A stretch of DNA of 64,000 bases from Candidatus Poseidoniaceae archaeon (GTDB lineage: Archaea; Thermoplasmatota; Poseidoniia; Poseidoniales; Poseidoniaceae), in the NCBI GenBank assembly GCA_965662895.1, contig CBFIJH010000002.1:64001-128000 (forward strand). Reading direction: 5' to 3'. Position 1 is the stretch's first letter. Every line of letters starts with the position of its first letter. Made by a program: the position numbers and the translations under genes. Below are positions 9,661 to 17,858 of the stretch, piece after piece. The notes under the pieces were generated by a model. It did no database searches and was not told the origin of the DNA. It saw only the letters and a list, made by a program, of their open reading frames with translations.

Positions 9661-11286
9661 TCAACGCTCATTTGCAGAGTTTAAATCACTTGCCAATTGA
9701 CGCAATTGCTGTTCGAGAGTTTGTCGATAGCTTGCGTTAGCGGACCAACGGGAATAGGCTCTCCGTGCATCAACATAGCCATCCCACCACAAACCAAACA
9801 CACGTCCCGACATCCAAAACATCGGGAACATGAACAAATAAATCATTGCAAGACAAAGGAGGCTTGCAAGCTGTCCTCCTCCGAACAAGGAAATCAAATC
9901 GTTGTTCGAAAGTCCCGGGATTTGACCGAGATTCGTCCACAGAATCCACGTTCCAATGATGGCGCAAAATGGCCACAAAAGTATGGAGCCAAACATTGCA
10001 GCAAGAAATTGATAGGTTGTACGAGCATCCACCCCCTCGTCTGTTCGGTCGCCAAGATATCGTCCAAGTACCAACTGTGGTGATAGAGAGAGGAGAAACA
10101 CAGGAAGGAACAATGCCATCAGCGCAGTTTTCAATCCAAAAGAGATTCCTTTCAAAGGACTGCCTTTGCGCAATTTTAAGCCAGTGGAATCAAGATCTCG
10201 TCCATCGAGGTTGCGTCCCTGTAATTGCAAATGTATGTTTTTCGCCGATTCAACAACCGAATGTTCAATCGGAGCGGGCTTTTGGTCTTCGCCTTCGAGT
10301 TCGAGTTGAAATCTGTCCCGAACTTCTCGTGCAGCGAGCACTTCATCTCTCCATGAGTCAAGCGGCTTCTTGTTGAGTCTTGATTCGATTTGGGCAATAA
10401 GATGCAAAGCTCCATGCTCGTCCCAACTTGAAACGCTGGGCGTAAGCGGCACAAGGCGAGGGCGCAAATTGTCTCGGATGGAACGAACGAGATCGCCTGG
10501 TGGCTCAACCCATTGTCGCTTTTTTACCGCCTCAACGAATTCTCCTGGTAGTTCGTCCTCTGGTAGATAAAACGGTTCAGCAAATTCAACCCAAACATCG
10601 GTACGGTAATGTTGCCGCACTCGGAAATGGAGCCCTACAGGTTGCAGCACCGGACATTTCTTGCCTGACCCCTTTGCAAGTGCTGCTGCTGCTAGGACCG
10701 TACGCATTGGTCCTGTTCGGAATCGAATCATGTGTGGTAAATCATGACTGGTTCCTTCTGGGAAAAGTACACACCCAAAGCCACTCGAAATGCCAGTTGC
10801 AAGCGTTAACAGTGAGCGACCATTAAGATTCGTTGCTTCTTCTTCGCTGCATCCTCCGCGAAGTAATTCGGCCTTCCTTACAACCGGTTGGACTGCAAGC
10901 CTTCTGGTCCAAAATGAAAGAACGGGGCGAGTTACCAAATCATGGCGCCCTCCCATAACAAATTCTTTTGGATGAGCGAGCATAATGCCGAGTGGATCAA
11001 TTAAGCCGTTGGTATGCCACGCAGCACAGAGAGACCCTCTGTCGGCAGGGATGTGTTCCATTCCAGTATATTCAATTGTTCGAAATTGATTGGCGGCGGT
11101 TCGTCGGCACAGGAAGAACGCGAATTTTGTCCAAAATGGACTACCAGGTATGGACTTATCGAACGAAGGCATTGGCGTGTCAAGAAGCTTTTCCATTTTC
11201 ATATTCGCAGAAGATTTGGAAAGTACTGGAAGTGCTTCACCTCGGTGATCGACAACGCCATCGAATGGAGCAACACCTTTTGCCAA
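9661..11286 (-). CDS. PlsC-family (glycerol-phosphate) acyltransferase with C-terminal TM helices
   Basis: Catalytic H-x4/5-D motif 'WHTNGLID' and 'LFPEGTSH'; TTG start at 11286 has AAGGAGG 7 nt upstream (alternative ATG 11202). Confidence 0.85.
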   Translation of the reverse strand: MAKGVAPFDGVVDHRGEALPVLSKSSANMKMEKLLDTPMPSFDKSIPGSPFWTKFAFFLCRRTAANQFRTIEYTGMEHIPADRGSLCAAWHTNGLIDPLGIMLAHPKEFVMGGRHDLVTRPVLSFWTRRLAVQPVVRKAELLRGGCSEEEATNLNGRSLLTLATGISSGFGCVLFPEGTSHDLPHMIRFRTGPMRTVLAAAALAKGSGKKCPVLQPVGLHFRVRQHYRTDVWVEFAEPFYLPEDELPGEFVEAVKKRQWVEPPGDLVRSIRDNLRPRLVPLTPSVSSWDEHGALHLIAQIESRLNKKPLDSWRDEVLAAREVRDRFQLELEGEDQKPAPIEHSVVESAKNIHLQLQGRNLDGRDLDSTGLKLRKGSPLKGISFGLKTALMALFLPVFLLSLSPQLVLGRYLGDRTDEGVDARTTYQFLAAMFGSILLWPFCAIIGTWILWTNLGQIPGLSNNDLISLFGGGQLASLLCLAMIYLFMFPMFWMSGRVFGLWWDGYVDARRAYSRWSANASYRQTLEQQLRQLASDLNSANER

Positions 11287-11288
11287 GA

Positions 11289-11720
11289 TTATGCCTCCTT
11301 GGTAATCATTGATGCTAGGAGCCCCAATTTTGCATGGTCGGGTTCTTCCAAAGGAGTATTTGGCCACATCGAAGCAAGTGTTGATCCATCATCACCGATT
11401 GTTCGCGGCAGAACGTGAACATGGACGTGAGGCACCTCTTGTCCGGCAAACGGGCCATCGTGAACTACAATCGTGAAGTCCTTCGTATCAAAGAACTCTG
11501 AAAGTAAGGATTGCACTTCAACAACTCCAGACATCAAGCTTGACCGTTCTCCTTCAGAAAGATCAGCCAATCGTTGCACCGGGGAGATCGGAATGACCAA
11601 TGTGTGGCCTTCACGCCGAGGAAAAATATCGAGAAACGCATACCACCCTTCTCCGGAAGCAATTTTGTGGGAAGGTATTTCCCCAGAGAGGATTCGCTCG
11701 AACAGTGTTTGCTCTCCCAT
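11289..11720 (-). CDS. HIT family nucleotide hydrolase
   Basis: 'LFERILSGEIPS', 'AFLDIFP..EGHTLVIP', 'AGQEVPHVHVHVLPR' histidine triad; real start is MGEQTL at 11720. Confidence 0.95.
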   Translation of the reverse strand: MGEQTLFERILSGEIPSHKIASGEGWYAFLDIFPRREGHTLVIPISPVQRLADLSEGERSSLMSGVVEVQSLLSEFFDTKDFTIVVHDGPFAGQEVPHVHVHVLPRTIGDDGSTLASMWPNTPLEEPDHAKLGLLASMITKEA

Positions 11721-11748
11721 GCGTACTCCAGTTCGATTAGCCAAATAA

Positions 11749-13383
11749 TCAAACCGCAGCAGATGGTGGGAGAATCCAATTTCCAGATGGTCCTTTTCGT
11801 AGTGCAAGTGTGCTATGGGTGCCATCCGAGAAAACAAGTTTGTGATGCAACTGCTCATCATCGGAATCAGCAAAATCAGAGCGCTGGTGCAAGCCTCTTG
11901 ATTCGGTTCGTAACGACGCGGATGTGACGTGCGCTTGCGCCATACGGATTGCAGCTTGCACGCGCAAGATTTCAAGCAGATTTTGATTGGCTACAAGCGA
12001 TGTTTGGTCGCAATACAATTGCTCTGCTTTTATTGCGAGTTGCTCAAGTATCTGTGCTGCATTTTCATAATCGTCAGCAACGGAAGACGGGGTTTGAAGG
12101 GAAGTCATGATCTCTTTCAGACGGGTAAGAACCGGATTTAATCGCTGAACAGCCCCTTCTGATTCTCCGCCTAGCATACTGAGCTCTGCTTCAGCTAGAT
12201 TTTGTGCTTGCTCCAGAGATGTTGCAGCAGTAAATTTGCGTTTTGTTATCCATTCGGCAGCATGTGTGCCTGCAGCTTCGCCAACACCAATAGCATCGAG
12301 AAGGCGGTTACCCCCAAGAACATCTGCACCGTGAAAACCGCTCGAGGATGACGATCCTGCGGCGTAAAGTCCAGTAAACCATCGGGCCCAAGATTGCAGG
12401 ACGACTCGACCATGTTCGTCGGTTGGAAGGCCGCCGATGGTGTGGGCAGGGATTGGAGCAACTTCAATCGTCTGTCGATGCATGTTAATGCCTGTACGTT
12501 GTTTGATATTGTCAAACAAAACAGACCACCAGTCAGCATGTTCACCTAGATTGCGAGCATCAAGAACGACTGTTCCAGCCTCATGCATCTTCGAACAGAT
12601 GGTGGATGTTTGCGTAGTCGAGGTTGTTTCAAGTGCCGCTCCAGCAGGTGTATGGAGCGTTGCTCCATCCGACAGGATGGATTGAGGAATCACGATGTTC
12701 GTGCCAACAACACCAAGGGGTGCCTCAGCGATAAATTCCATATTTCGAAGTGGCGCTCCAGCACGATAGGCCAGATCCATTCCAAGTGATGTTGAACCGT
12801 TGGAAAATACGCCTTCAAATCCACCATCAGCGATAATGAGTGCCTTGCATTGAATCGAAAGAATCCTACCATGAAGCATATCGATGGAAATTAGTCCATT
12901 TACTGAGTAATCCGTATGAATCAACTCCAACGGAACTTGGTCGCTTCGGCGCGTCACTCCGTGCTTCATGCATTGTTCTTCGAGCACTTGCTGTACCTCT
13001 CGGTTCGTAGCATCTCCAGCATTGCAAAGTCGGGGTTTGGAGTGCCCAGATGCATAATGGCCTTTGACGATTCCTTTCGCATCACGGCGGAAGTTCACGC
13101 CTCTTCGCTCGAGAAGGTCAACGATTCGAAGAGCCTTGGTTGTGTAAGATGCGACAATGTCTTGGTCGCAAAGAAAGGCCCCGGATTTGATTGTATCTTC
13201 ACGATGGCCCCTGTTGCTCTCCTCTTGGATGTGACAGGCGATACCATCCATGGCGTCAAGACCTGCATCGCCGAGTCCTGTTGAACTCATCATGAGGACA
13301 CTCGCACCGTCTTTTGACGCTTGTGCTGCAGCAGACAACGCTGCGGGACCATCTCCAAGAATCACGACATCCCATGCTTCCAT
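11749..13383 (-). CDS. SdhA/FrdA/NadB-like flavoprotein (divergent)
   Basis: Overall SdhA layout: 'HREDTIKSGAFLCDQ', 'PLRNMEF', 'AHTIGGL', 'GLYAAG', 'RTESRGLHQRSDF'; several catalytic residues altered. Confidence 0.85.
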   Translation of the reverse strand: MEAWDVVILGDGPAALSAAAQASKDGASVLMMSSTGLGDAGLDAMDGIACHIQEESNRGHREDTIKSGAFLCDQDIVASYTTKALRIVDLLERRGVNFRRDAKGIVKGHYASGHSKPRLCNAGDATNREVQQVLEEQCMKHGVTRRSDQVPLELIHTDYSVNGLISIDMLHGRILSIQCKALIIADGGFEGVFSNGSTSLGMDLAYRAGAPLRNMEFIAEAPLGVVGTNIVIPQSILSDGATLHTPAGAALETTSTTQTSTICSKMHEAGTVVLDARNLGEHADWWSVLFDNIKQRTGINMHRQTIEVAPIPAHTIGGLPTDEHGRVVLQSWARWFTGLYAAGSSSSSGFHGADVLGGNRLLDAIGVGEAAGTHAAEWITKRKFTAATSLEQAQNLAEAELSMLGGESEGAVQRLNPVLTRLKEIMTSLQTPSSVADDYENAAQILEQLAIKAEQLYCDQTSLVANQNLLEILRVQAAIRMAQAHVTSASLRTESRGLHQRSDFADSDDEQLHHKLVFSDGTHSTLALRKGPSGNWILPPSAAV

Positions 13384-13453
13384 ACCATTACCCCAGTGGT
13401 TTGACCGAGGCAAACCCCTGCCATAAGCAAAGCGCTTGTTCTCTTAGCAAAAA

Positions 13454-14995
13454 TCAGCTCGTTTGAACTGGAAGTTCAATTTCAGAAAAGCGCCGAACGC
13501 GCAACAACTCATGTATTCTGTCAATCCTTTGGCGGCTTTCTTTTGGAAGAACGATTGTCCGAACAATCCGTGAACCGAGGACAAGCCCGTCATCGTCACG
13601 AAGCGTTACCTGAACTTGTGCATGACCTTTGAACGTTCGATCCCAAGCAACGTTGATCCATAGGACAACGGTTCGCTCAAGATAACGCGGAAGCCAACTC
13701 AACACGTCATCCTCGGACGGATTCGTAAGGTCAATGGCTTTGAGGGGAGAGGGGCATGGTGCTAACTCAAACCTGTGATCAATCGATTGGGGTTCACCAC
13801 CTGGCACTTGTACTTCGACACGGACGTGAGTCGGGTCAAAGGTTTGGTTGTTGAGCGCAATAAACAGGCTACCTGAACCATCATAACATGTTGAATCGAG
13901 TGATATATCCATTCGCCATGGCGAGAGAAGAATTTCTGGTGCGCCAGAAATGAAATCATTTTGCAAGCGCTCGAAAAGACGGAATGCCCCTGGTTGCCAT
14001 GCTCGTGCGTGCTCGAGTGTTCGTTGAAGTGTTCTCCAGTTGAAAAATTCATCATCGGATAGAAGAATTCGTTCTATGGCATCCGGAGCCATGAAGTCGC
14101 GCAATGAATCGAATACGGTTTCTTCATTGATGATATCAATTGCATTGAGATGCAACAAGAAGAGAAGACGTTCTCTCGCTTGAATCATGTCTGTACCGGG
14201 AAGGATTGAGTTTTGGAATCGTTCTTCCCATTCGGCCCATTCAATTTGCGAATCAGGGTCGAGATGCGATTGGAGTAATTGGCCGAGGGGAGAGCCCAAT
14301 TGCGTAGGATGATGCGTTGGTGAATAATGAATGAGTAAAGGCATTGAATCCGCTTGCAAGCGAATGTAATATGTTGTTAAGATCGAGTGTATAGCCAAGC
14401 CAATTCCTGCGGTCATCGATATGAGAAGAAGAAGGTTCCAGGCAACGGAACGAGGTGTGATGAGCACTGAAAGGCAAAGAAGGGTGAGAGAGGTTGTTGC
14501 TAAAAATGCACTAATGTTGTTCTGTCTTCGTCCATCACGAAGACCTTCGAGGACCCGGTCCATTCCGGGTTGTGCCCGTAATGTGTGGCGTTTTCCACCG
14601 GCAAAGCCTCCTTGTTCCCGCAACGATATTTTTGCTTCAACAGCGGACCATGTTGCTTCACTGCCTGCAATAGGTGGGACAAAGGCAGCCAAAGCCGGAA
14701 TAAGCCAAATTGCTAAGATGAAAAAAGGCGATGTGTACGGTAAGATGGAAGGATCAATAACCAGCAATACAGCTGTCGCAGCAATCCCAAAACCAACGAC
14801 ATTTCGAAAGGCAAGGAAGAATGAATTGTTTGCAATTTGACCACTTTTCATACGGAATCGTTCGCTTTTTTCCCATGCTTCACGCGTCCGCTCAAGCGGG
14901 TCTTCATTCCGAGCAAACCCATGCCCGTAAGGATCTGGCAGGGATTGGATGGTCCTGCGAGTTCGGGCAACAATGGACTCTTCCTCCGGCTCCAT
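13454..14995 (-). CDS. Hypothetical membrane protein (about 4 TM plus soluble C-terminal domain)
   Basis: ORF of more than 500 aa with four hydrophobic segments; start uncertain (ORF open to 15064). Confidence 0.7.
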   Translation of the reverse strand: MEPEEESIVARTRRTIQSLPDPYGHGFARNEDPLERTREAWEKSERFRMKSGQIANNSFFLAFRNVVGFGIAATAVLLVIDPSILPYTSPFFILAIWLIPALAAFVPPIAGSEATWSAVEAKISLREQGGFAGGKRHTLRAQPGMDRVLEGLRDGRRQNNISAFLATTSLTLLCLSVLITPRSVAWNLLLLISMTAGIGLAIHSILTTYYIRLQADSMPLLIHYSPTHHPTQLGSPLGQLLQSHLDPDSQIEWAEWEERFQNSILPGTDMIQARERLLFLLHLNAIDIINEETVFDSLRDFMAPDAIERILLSDDEFFNWRTLQRTLEHARAWQPGAFRLFERLQNDFISGAPEILLSPWRMDISLDSTCYDGSGSLFIALNNQTFDPTHVRVEVQVPGGEPQSIDHRFELAPCPSPLKAIDLTNPSEDDVLSWLPRYLERTVVLWINVAWDRTFKGHAQVQVTLRDDDGLVLGSRIVRTIVLPKESRQRIDRIHELLRVRRFSEIELPVQTS

Positions 14996-15065
14996 CTCGC
15001 TCAGCCCGACTATGTACAGCATACATATGTCTTCTTCGCTGCTCTCAAAGGAAAAACTTGGCAAT

Positions 15066-15142
15066 TGGCGGGCGTGGCAGGATTCGAACCCGCGATCTTC
15101 GGCTTAGGAGGCCGACGCATTATCCAGCTGTGCTACACGCCC
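15066..15142 (-). tRNA. tRNA-Arg (anticodon CCT), CCA encoded
   Basis: Reverse complement GGGCGTGTAGCACAGCTGGATAATGCGTCGGCCTCCTAAGCCGAAGATCGCGGGTTCGAATCCTGCCACGCCCGCCA folds as a cloverleaf with loop CT-CCT-AA and T-loop GTTCGAATC. Confidence 0.96.
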
Positions 15143-15173
15143 AGCGAAGCCAAAACGCCCCCTATGATGGAGG

Positions 15174-16298
15174 TTACTGTTGCGGAATACTTGCAAATTC
15201 GTGCAGCATCTTCTCAATCTGTATCCGTCCCTGGGAAGAACGGCGAAGTCGGACATCGCAGTCTGATAGAGCACCTAATGCAAGGGTAAGTTGGTGTTCC
15301 GGAAGATTTAGTCGTCCTCCGGTTAAGACCTGATGGACTTGTTCAACAACATCTTCGGCTTCGAGACTTTGTTGCGAAATAATGCTATCATAGATTCCGA
15401 GCGCTCCTTTGAGTGTTCGTTTGTTCTTGTATCCTTCTTTTTCCCAGCGCCATTCAACGACTTGTCCGCGCAATGCCGCTTCAATCATCCGTTGGACTTC
15501 GTTGGTTGAAATCATTGTAAGGAGACGGTGCAAATTGCCTCGGTCATTCAGCAAGCCTCGCAGCGCTAACAACTCTGTTGTAAAAATCGCCTTGCGGAGA
15601 TTGCCGTCTGAGATGTGAGCGATATCGCCAAGAATCCCTCGAACTGGTTCAACATCTTCTGCTACGCAGATCTCCTGCAATCTTGACTCAATCTGTTTCC
15701 TTGGAACTCCTGTAAACCGGATGTGTTGGGTTCGACTACGTAAGGCGTCGATAAGGCGGGAAGGCGTTTGCGCCGTGAAAATAAAACGGGATGTTTGACT
15801 TGTTGCCTCCATCATTCGGCGTAAAAGTGGTTGACGCTTATGCCCAAGGTAGTCCGCATCCTCGATAACAATGATTCGAGAAATGTGCACGTCGCTTTGA
15901 CTTCCTCGTACCGATTCGTGACCGGCGGGCGCGATATCGCCTTCTGATATCTCTGAAAATGTGGAGTCGAATGCGTCAAGTGAGGTCCGACTTGCAAGTG
16001 TATCGCTCGAATCCTTGCCGCCTGGTCTCAGAAATGACTCGAATGCAGCCATCGCACCTGCAGTTTTTACCAAATCTTTTGCTTGGAGAACATGTGTTGT
16101 AGAACGCCATGCTGGACCGAGAACCTGACGGACAATGAGGTGCCATGCTCCTGTTTTACCAGAACCAGCAGGGCCAGAAATGAGAAGGTGAGGGGGATTG
16201 GCTTGAAGGGCAACGCGTTCAATGGTCTCTCTCGTTGTTTCATCCAACGCTAGCGAAGTAAATCGGCGAGGTGGGTACTTCTCAAGCCAACTCGCCAT
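15174..16298 (-). CDS. Replication factor C small-subunit-like AAA+ protein (divergent)
   Basis: 'WLEKYPPR' RFC box II, 'PHLLISGPAGSGKT', 'LRRMME', 'LRSRT', 'GNLRKAI'. Confidence 0.85.
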   Translation of the reverse strand: MASWLEKYPPRRFTSLALDETTRETIERVALQANPPHLLISGPAGSGKTGAWHLIVRQVLGPAWRSTTHVLQAKDLVKTAGAMAAFESFLRPGGKDSSDTLASRTSLDAFDSTFSEISEGDIAPAGHESVRGSQSDVHISRIIVIEDADYLGHKRQPLLRRMMEATSQTSRFIFTAQTPSRLIDALRSRTQHIRFTGVPRKQIESRLQEICVAEDVEPVRGILGDIAHISDGNLRKAIFTTELLALRGLLNDRGNLHRLLTMISTNEVQRMIEAALRGQVVEWRWEKEGYKNKRTLKGALGIYDSIISQQSLEAEDVVEQVHQVLTGGRLNLPEHQLTLALGALSDCDVRLRRSSQGRIQIEKMLHEFASIPQQ

Positions 16299-16341
16299 GT
16301 GCATCATTCAACGACAAAGGTCTTTGACCATTTGTGTGAAT

Positions 16342-16503
16342 TCACTCTGCCTTGAGTGTCTTCTTCTTTCGGTCACCGCTGCTTCTGCGGAGCTTCATGA
16401 AAATCTTGCACCCGCAATGGCTGCAGTGAATTCCGTTTCGCTCACGATCGAAGCTTTCGTGGGTTCCGCATAGCACGCACTTGTAGTCAACAAGTTCCGA
16501 CAT
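16342..16503 (-). CDS. rpoP: DNA-directed RNA polymerase subunit P (Rpo12)
   Basis: Not in the ORF track (53 aa): MSELVDYKCVLCGTHESFDRERNGIHCSHCGCKIFMKLRRSSGDRKKKTLKAE, a YKCxxCG...CxxCG.KIF.K.R Zn ribbon ending KAE. Confidence 0.9.
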   Translation of the reverse strand: MSELVDYKCVLCGTHESFDRERNGIHCSHCGCKIFMKLRRSSGDRKKKTLKAE

Positions 16504-16555
16504 AGCCAAACCGACCTACCCATTGGTTTTGAACCTGTCCGTTGAATTATCGGTT

Positions 16556-17176
16556 TCAAATTCCACCAACAAGCGGGCGCGTCATGCGAATTTCAGTCGC
16601 CTGCGAAAGTTCCGTCTCGGTTATCGCGCTTGCAGCGACCATCTGGCCATCAACGAAAACCCAATTGTTGGCTTCCTTTGCGCTTGAAGCGATTTCTTCT
16701 TTGGTCATTTCACAGACCGAATGGCCTGTGGCATCTGTAACCTGGACCGTGAACGTTTCAGATCCGCCGACGATGGACGGGACCAAACGCAAGACGTTGT
16801 CTTGGTTGAGTTCGGTGTTTGCAATGGTGGCAGCATCGACCATTTGGCCATCGACAAAGAGCCAGTTGCCCTCAGTGTTTGTCAGCACGGTGGTGAGTTC
16901 CTGCTTGGTCATGGCCATGGCTTGGTCGCCTTTTTCGCTTGCTACAAGTACGGTGAAGGTTTCTGCTCCGCCAACCATTCCAGGGTTGATTCGAATCTCA
17001 GTGGAATTGTTCAACTCGATACTTTCGAGTTCTTCGACACTGACCATTTGCGAATCGACAAAGACCCATGTGTTTTCGTTTTCTGACATCATTTGAATGA
17101 CGTCTTCTCTGGTCACTAGAATTGCATCATGACCTCTTTCGCTTGCTACGTGAACTGTGAATTTCTTATCCGACAT
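16556..17176 (-). CDS. Tandem triple ubiquitin-like (ThiS/MoaD/SAMP beta-grasp) polyprotein
   Basis: 206 aa in three units of 70, 68 and 67 aa, each 'FTV.V...G.....T.......W.FVD.QMV......EL......R..P..VGG', plus a terminal Ile. Confidence 0.85.
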   Translation of the reverse strand: MSDKKFTVHVASERGHDAILVTREDVIQMMSENENTWVFVDSQMVSVEELESIELNNSTEIRINPGMVGGAETFTVLVASEKGDQAMAMTKQELTTVLTNTEGNWLFVDGQMVDAATIANTELNQDNVLRLVPSIVGGSETFTVQVTDATGHSVCEMTKEEIASSAKEANNWVFVDGQMVAASAITETELSQATEIRMTRPLVGGI

Positions 17177-17208
17177 TGTTCTTCCTCGCAATCTCTGAAT
17201 GTCCACAG

Positions 17209-17217
17209 TATATAATA
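17209..17217 (-). promoter_or_regulatory. Candidate TATA box for the poly-Ubl gene
   Basis: TATATAATA (TATTATATA on the minus strand) about 32 nt upstream of ATG 17176; GAGGA precedes the ATG. Confidence 0.5.
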
Positions 17218-17264
17218 GCGAAAAATTCGGCATGTTCAAGGATGTTCTCGGAACAAAGAACTTC

Positions 17265-17858
17265 ATGGGCGAAAATGCACCTCTTGTCATCGATGTTGTG
17301 GACAATGGTGGGCAATGGACACATCGCGAGTGGAGGATGTTGAAGTATCTTAAAGTCGATACGCAAATCATTCCAAACGATACCCCTGTTGATGAACTTC
17401 GTGAATTGGATGGACTCATTCTCTCTGGAGGAGCTGCACGAATCGGTCTCTCCGGTAAATTGGGAAACTGTGCTGAATTTTTGAAACTCGAAATTCCAAT
17501 CCTTGGCATATGTGCAGGCCACCAATTCATGGCTCGATTCTATGGCGGCGACGCTCGAGAATCACCAATTCCAGAATTTGGGGCGATGGAAATTCAGCTA
17601 CACGATGGAGGAGGCAAAATTTTCGCTGGAACTTCGGAAACGCAAACGGTCTGGGAATCACACAACGATGAAGTTCACGTTGTCCCCGATGGATTCTTTG
17701 TTACTGCAAGTAGCCCATCCTGCGAAGTTCAAGGCATGGAAAACGAAGCCGGCGATCGATTCGGTTTGCAATTCCATCCCGAAGTCAACGATTCAGAGTT
17801 CGGCAAAGAGATGTTCGAAAACTTCGTCGAAGTTTGTCGAAAAGCACGAGATGCCTAA
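17265..17858 (+). CDS. guaAA: GMP synthase, glutamine amidotransferase subunit A
   Basis: 'VVDNGGQWTHREWR', 'PILGICAGHQ', 'VWESHNDEV', 'GLQFHPEV'; start 17232 or 17265. Confidence 0.93.
   Translation: MGENAPLVIDVVDNGGQWTHREWRMLKYLKVDTQIIPNDTPVDELRELDGLILSGGAARIGLSGKLGNCAEFLKLEIPILGICAGHQFMARFYGGDARESPIPEFGAMEIQLHDGGGKIFAGTSETQTVWESHNDEVHVVPDGFFVTASSPSCEVQGMENEAGDRFGLQFHPEVNDSEFGKEMFENFVEVCRKARDA

Noticed and set aside
11721-11975. Extended N-terminus of the HIT ORF
   Set aside because: Overlaps the flavoprotein gene; HIT homology begins at 11720.
17177-17530. N-terminal 118 aa of the 324-aa ORF (16556-17530)
   Set aside because: Overlaps guaAA on the opposite strand; repeat homology starts at MSDKK (17176).
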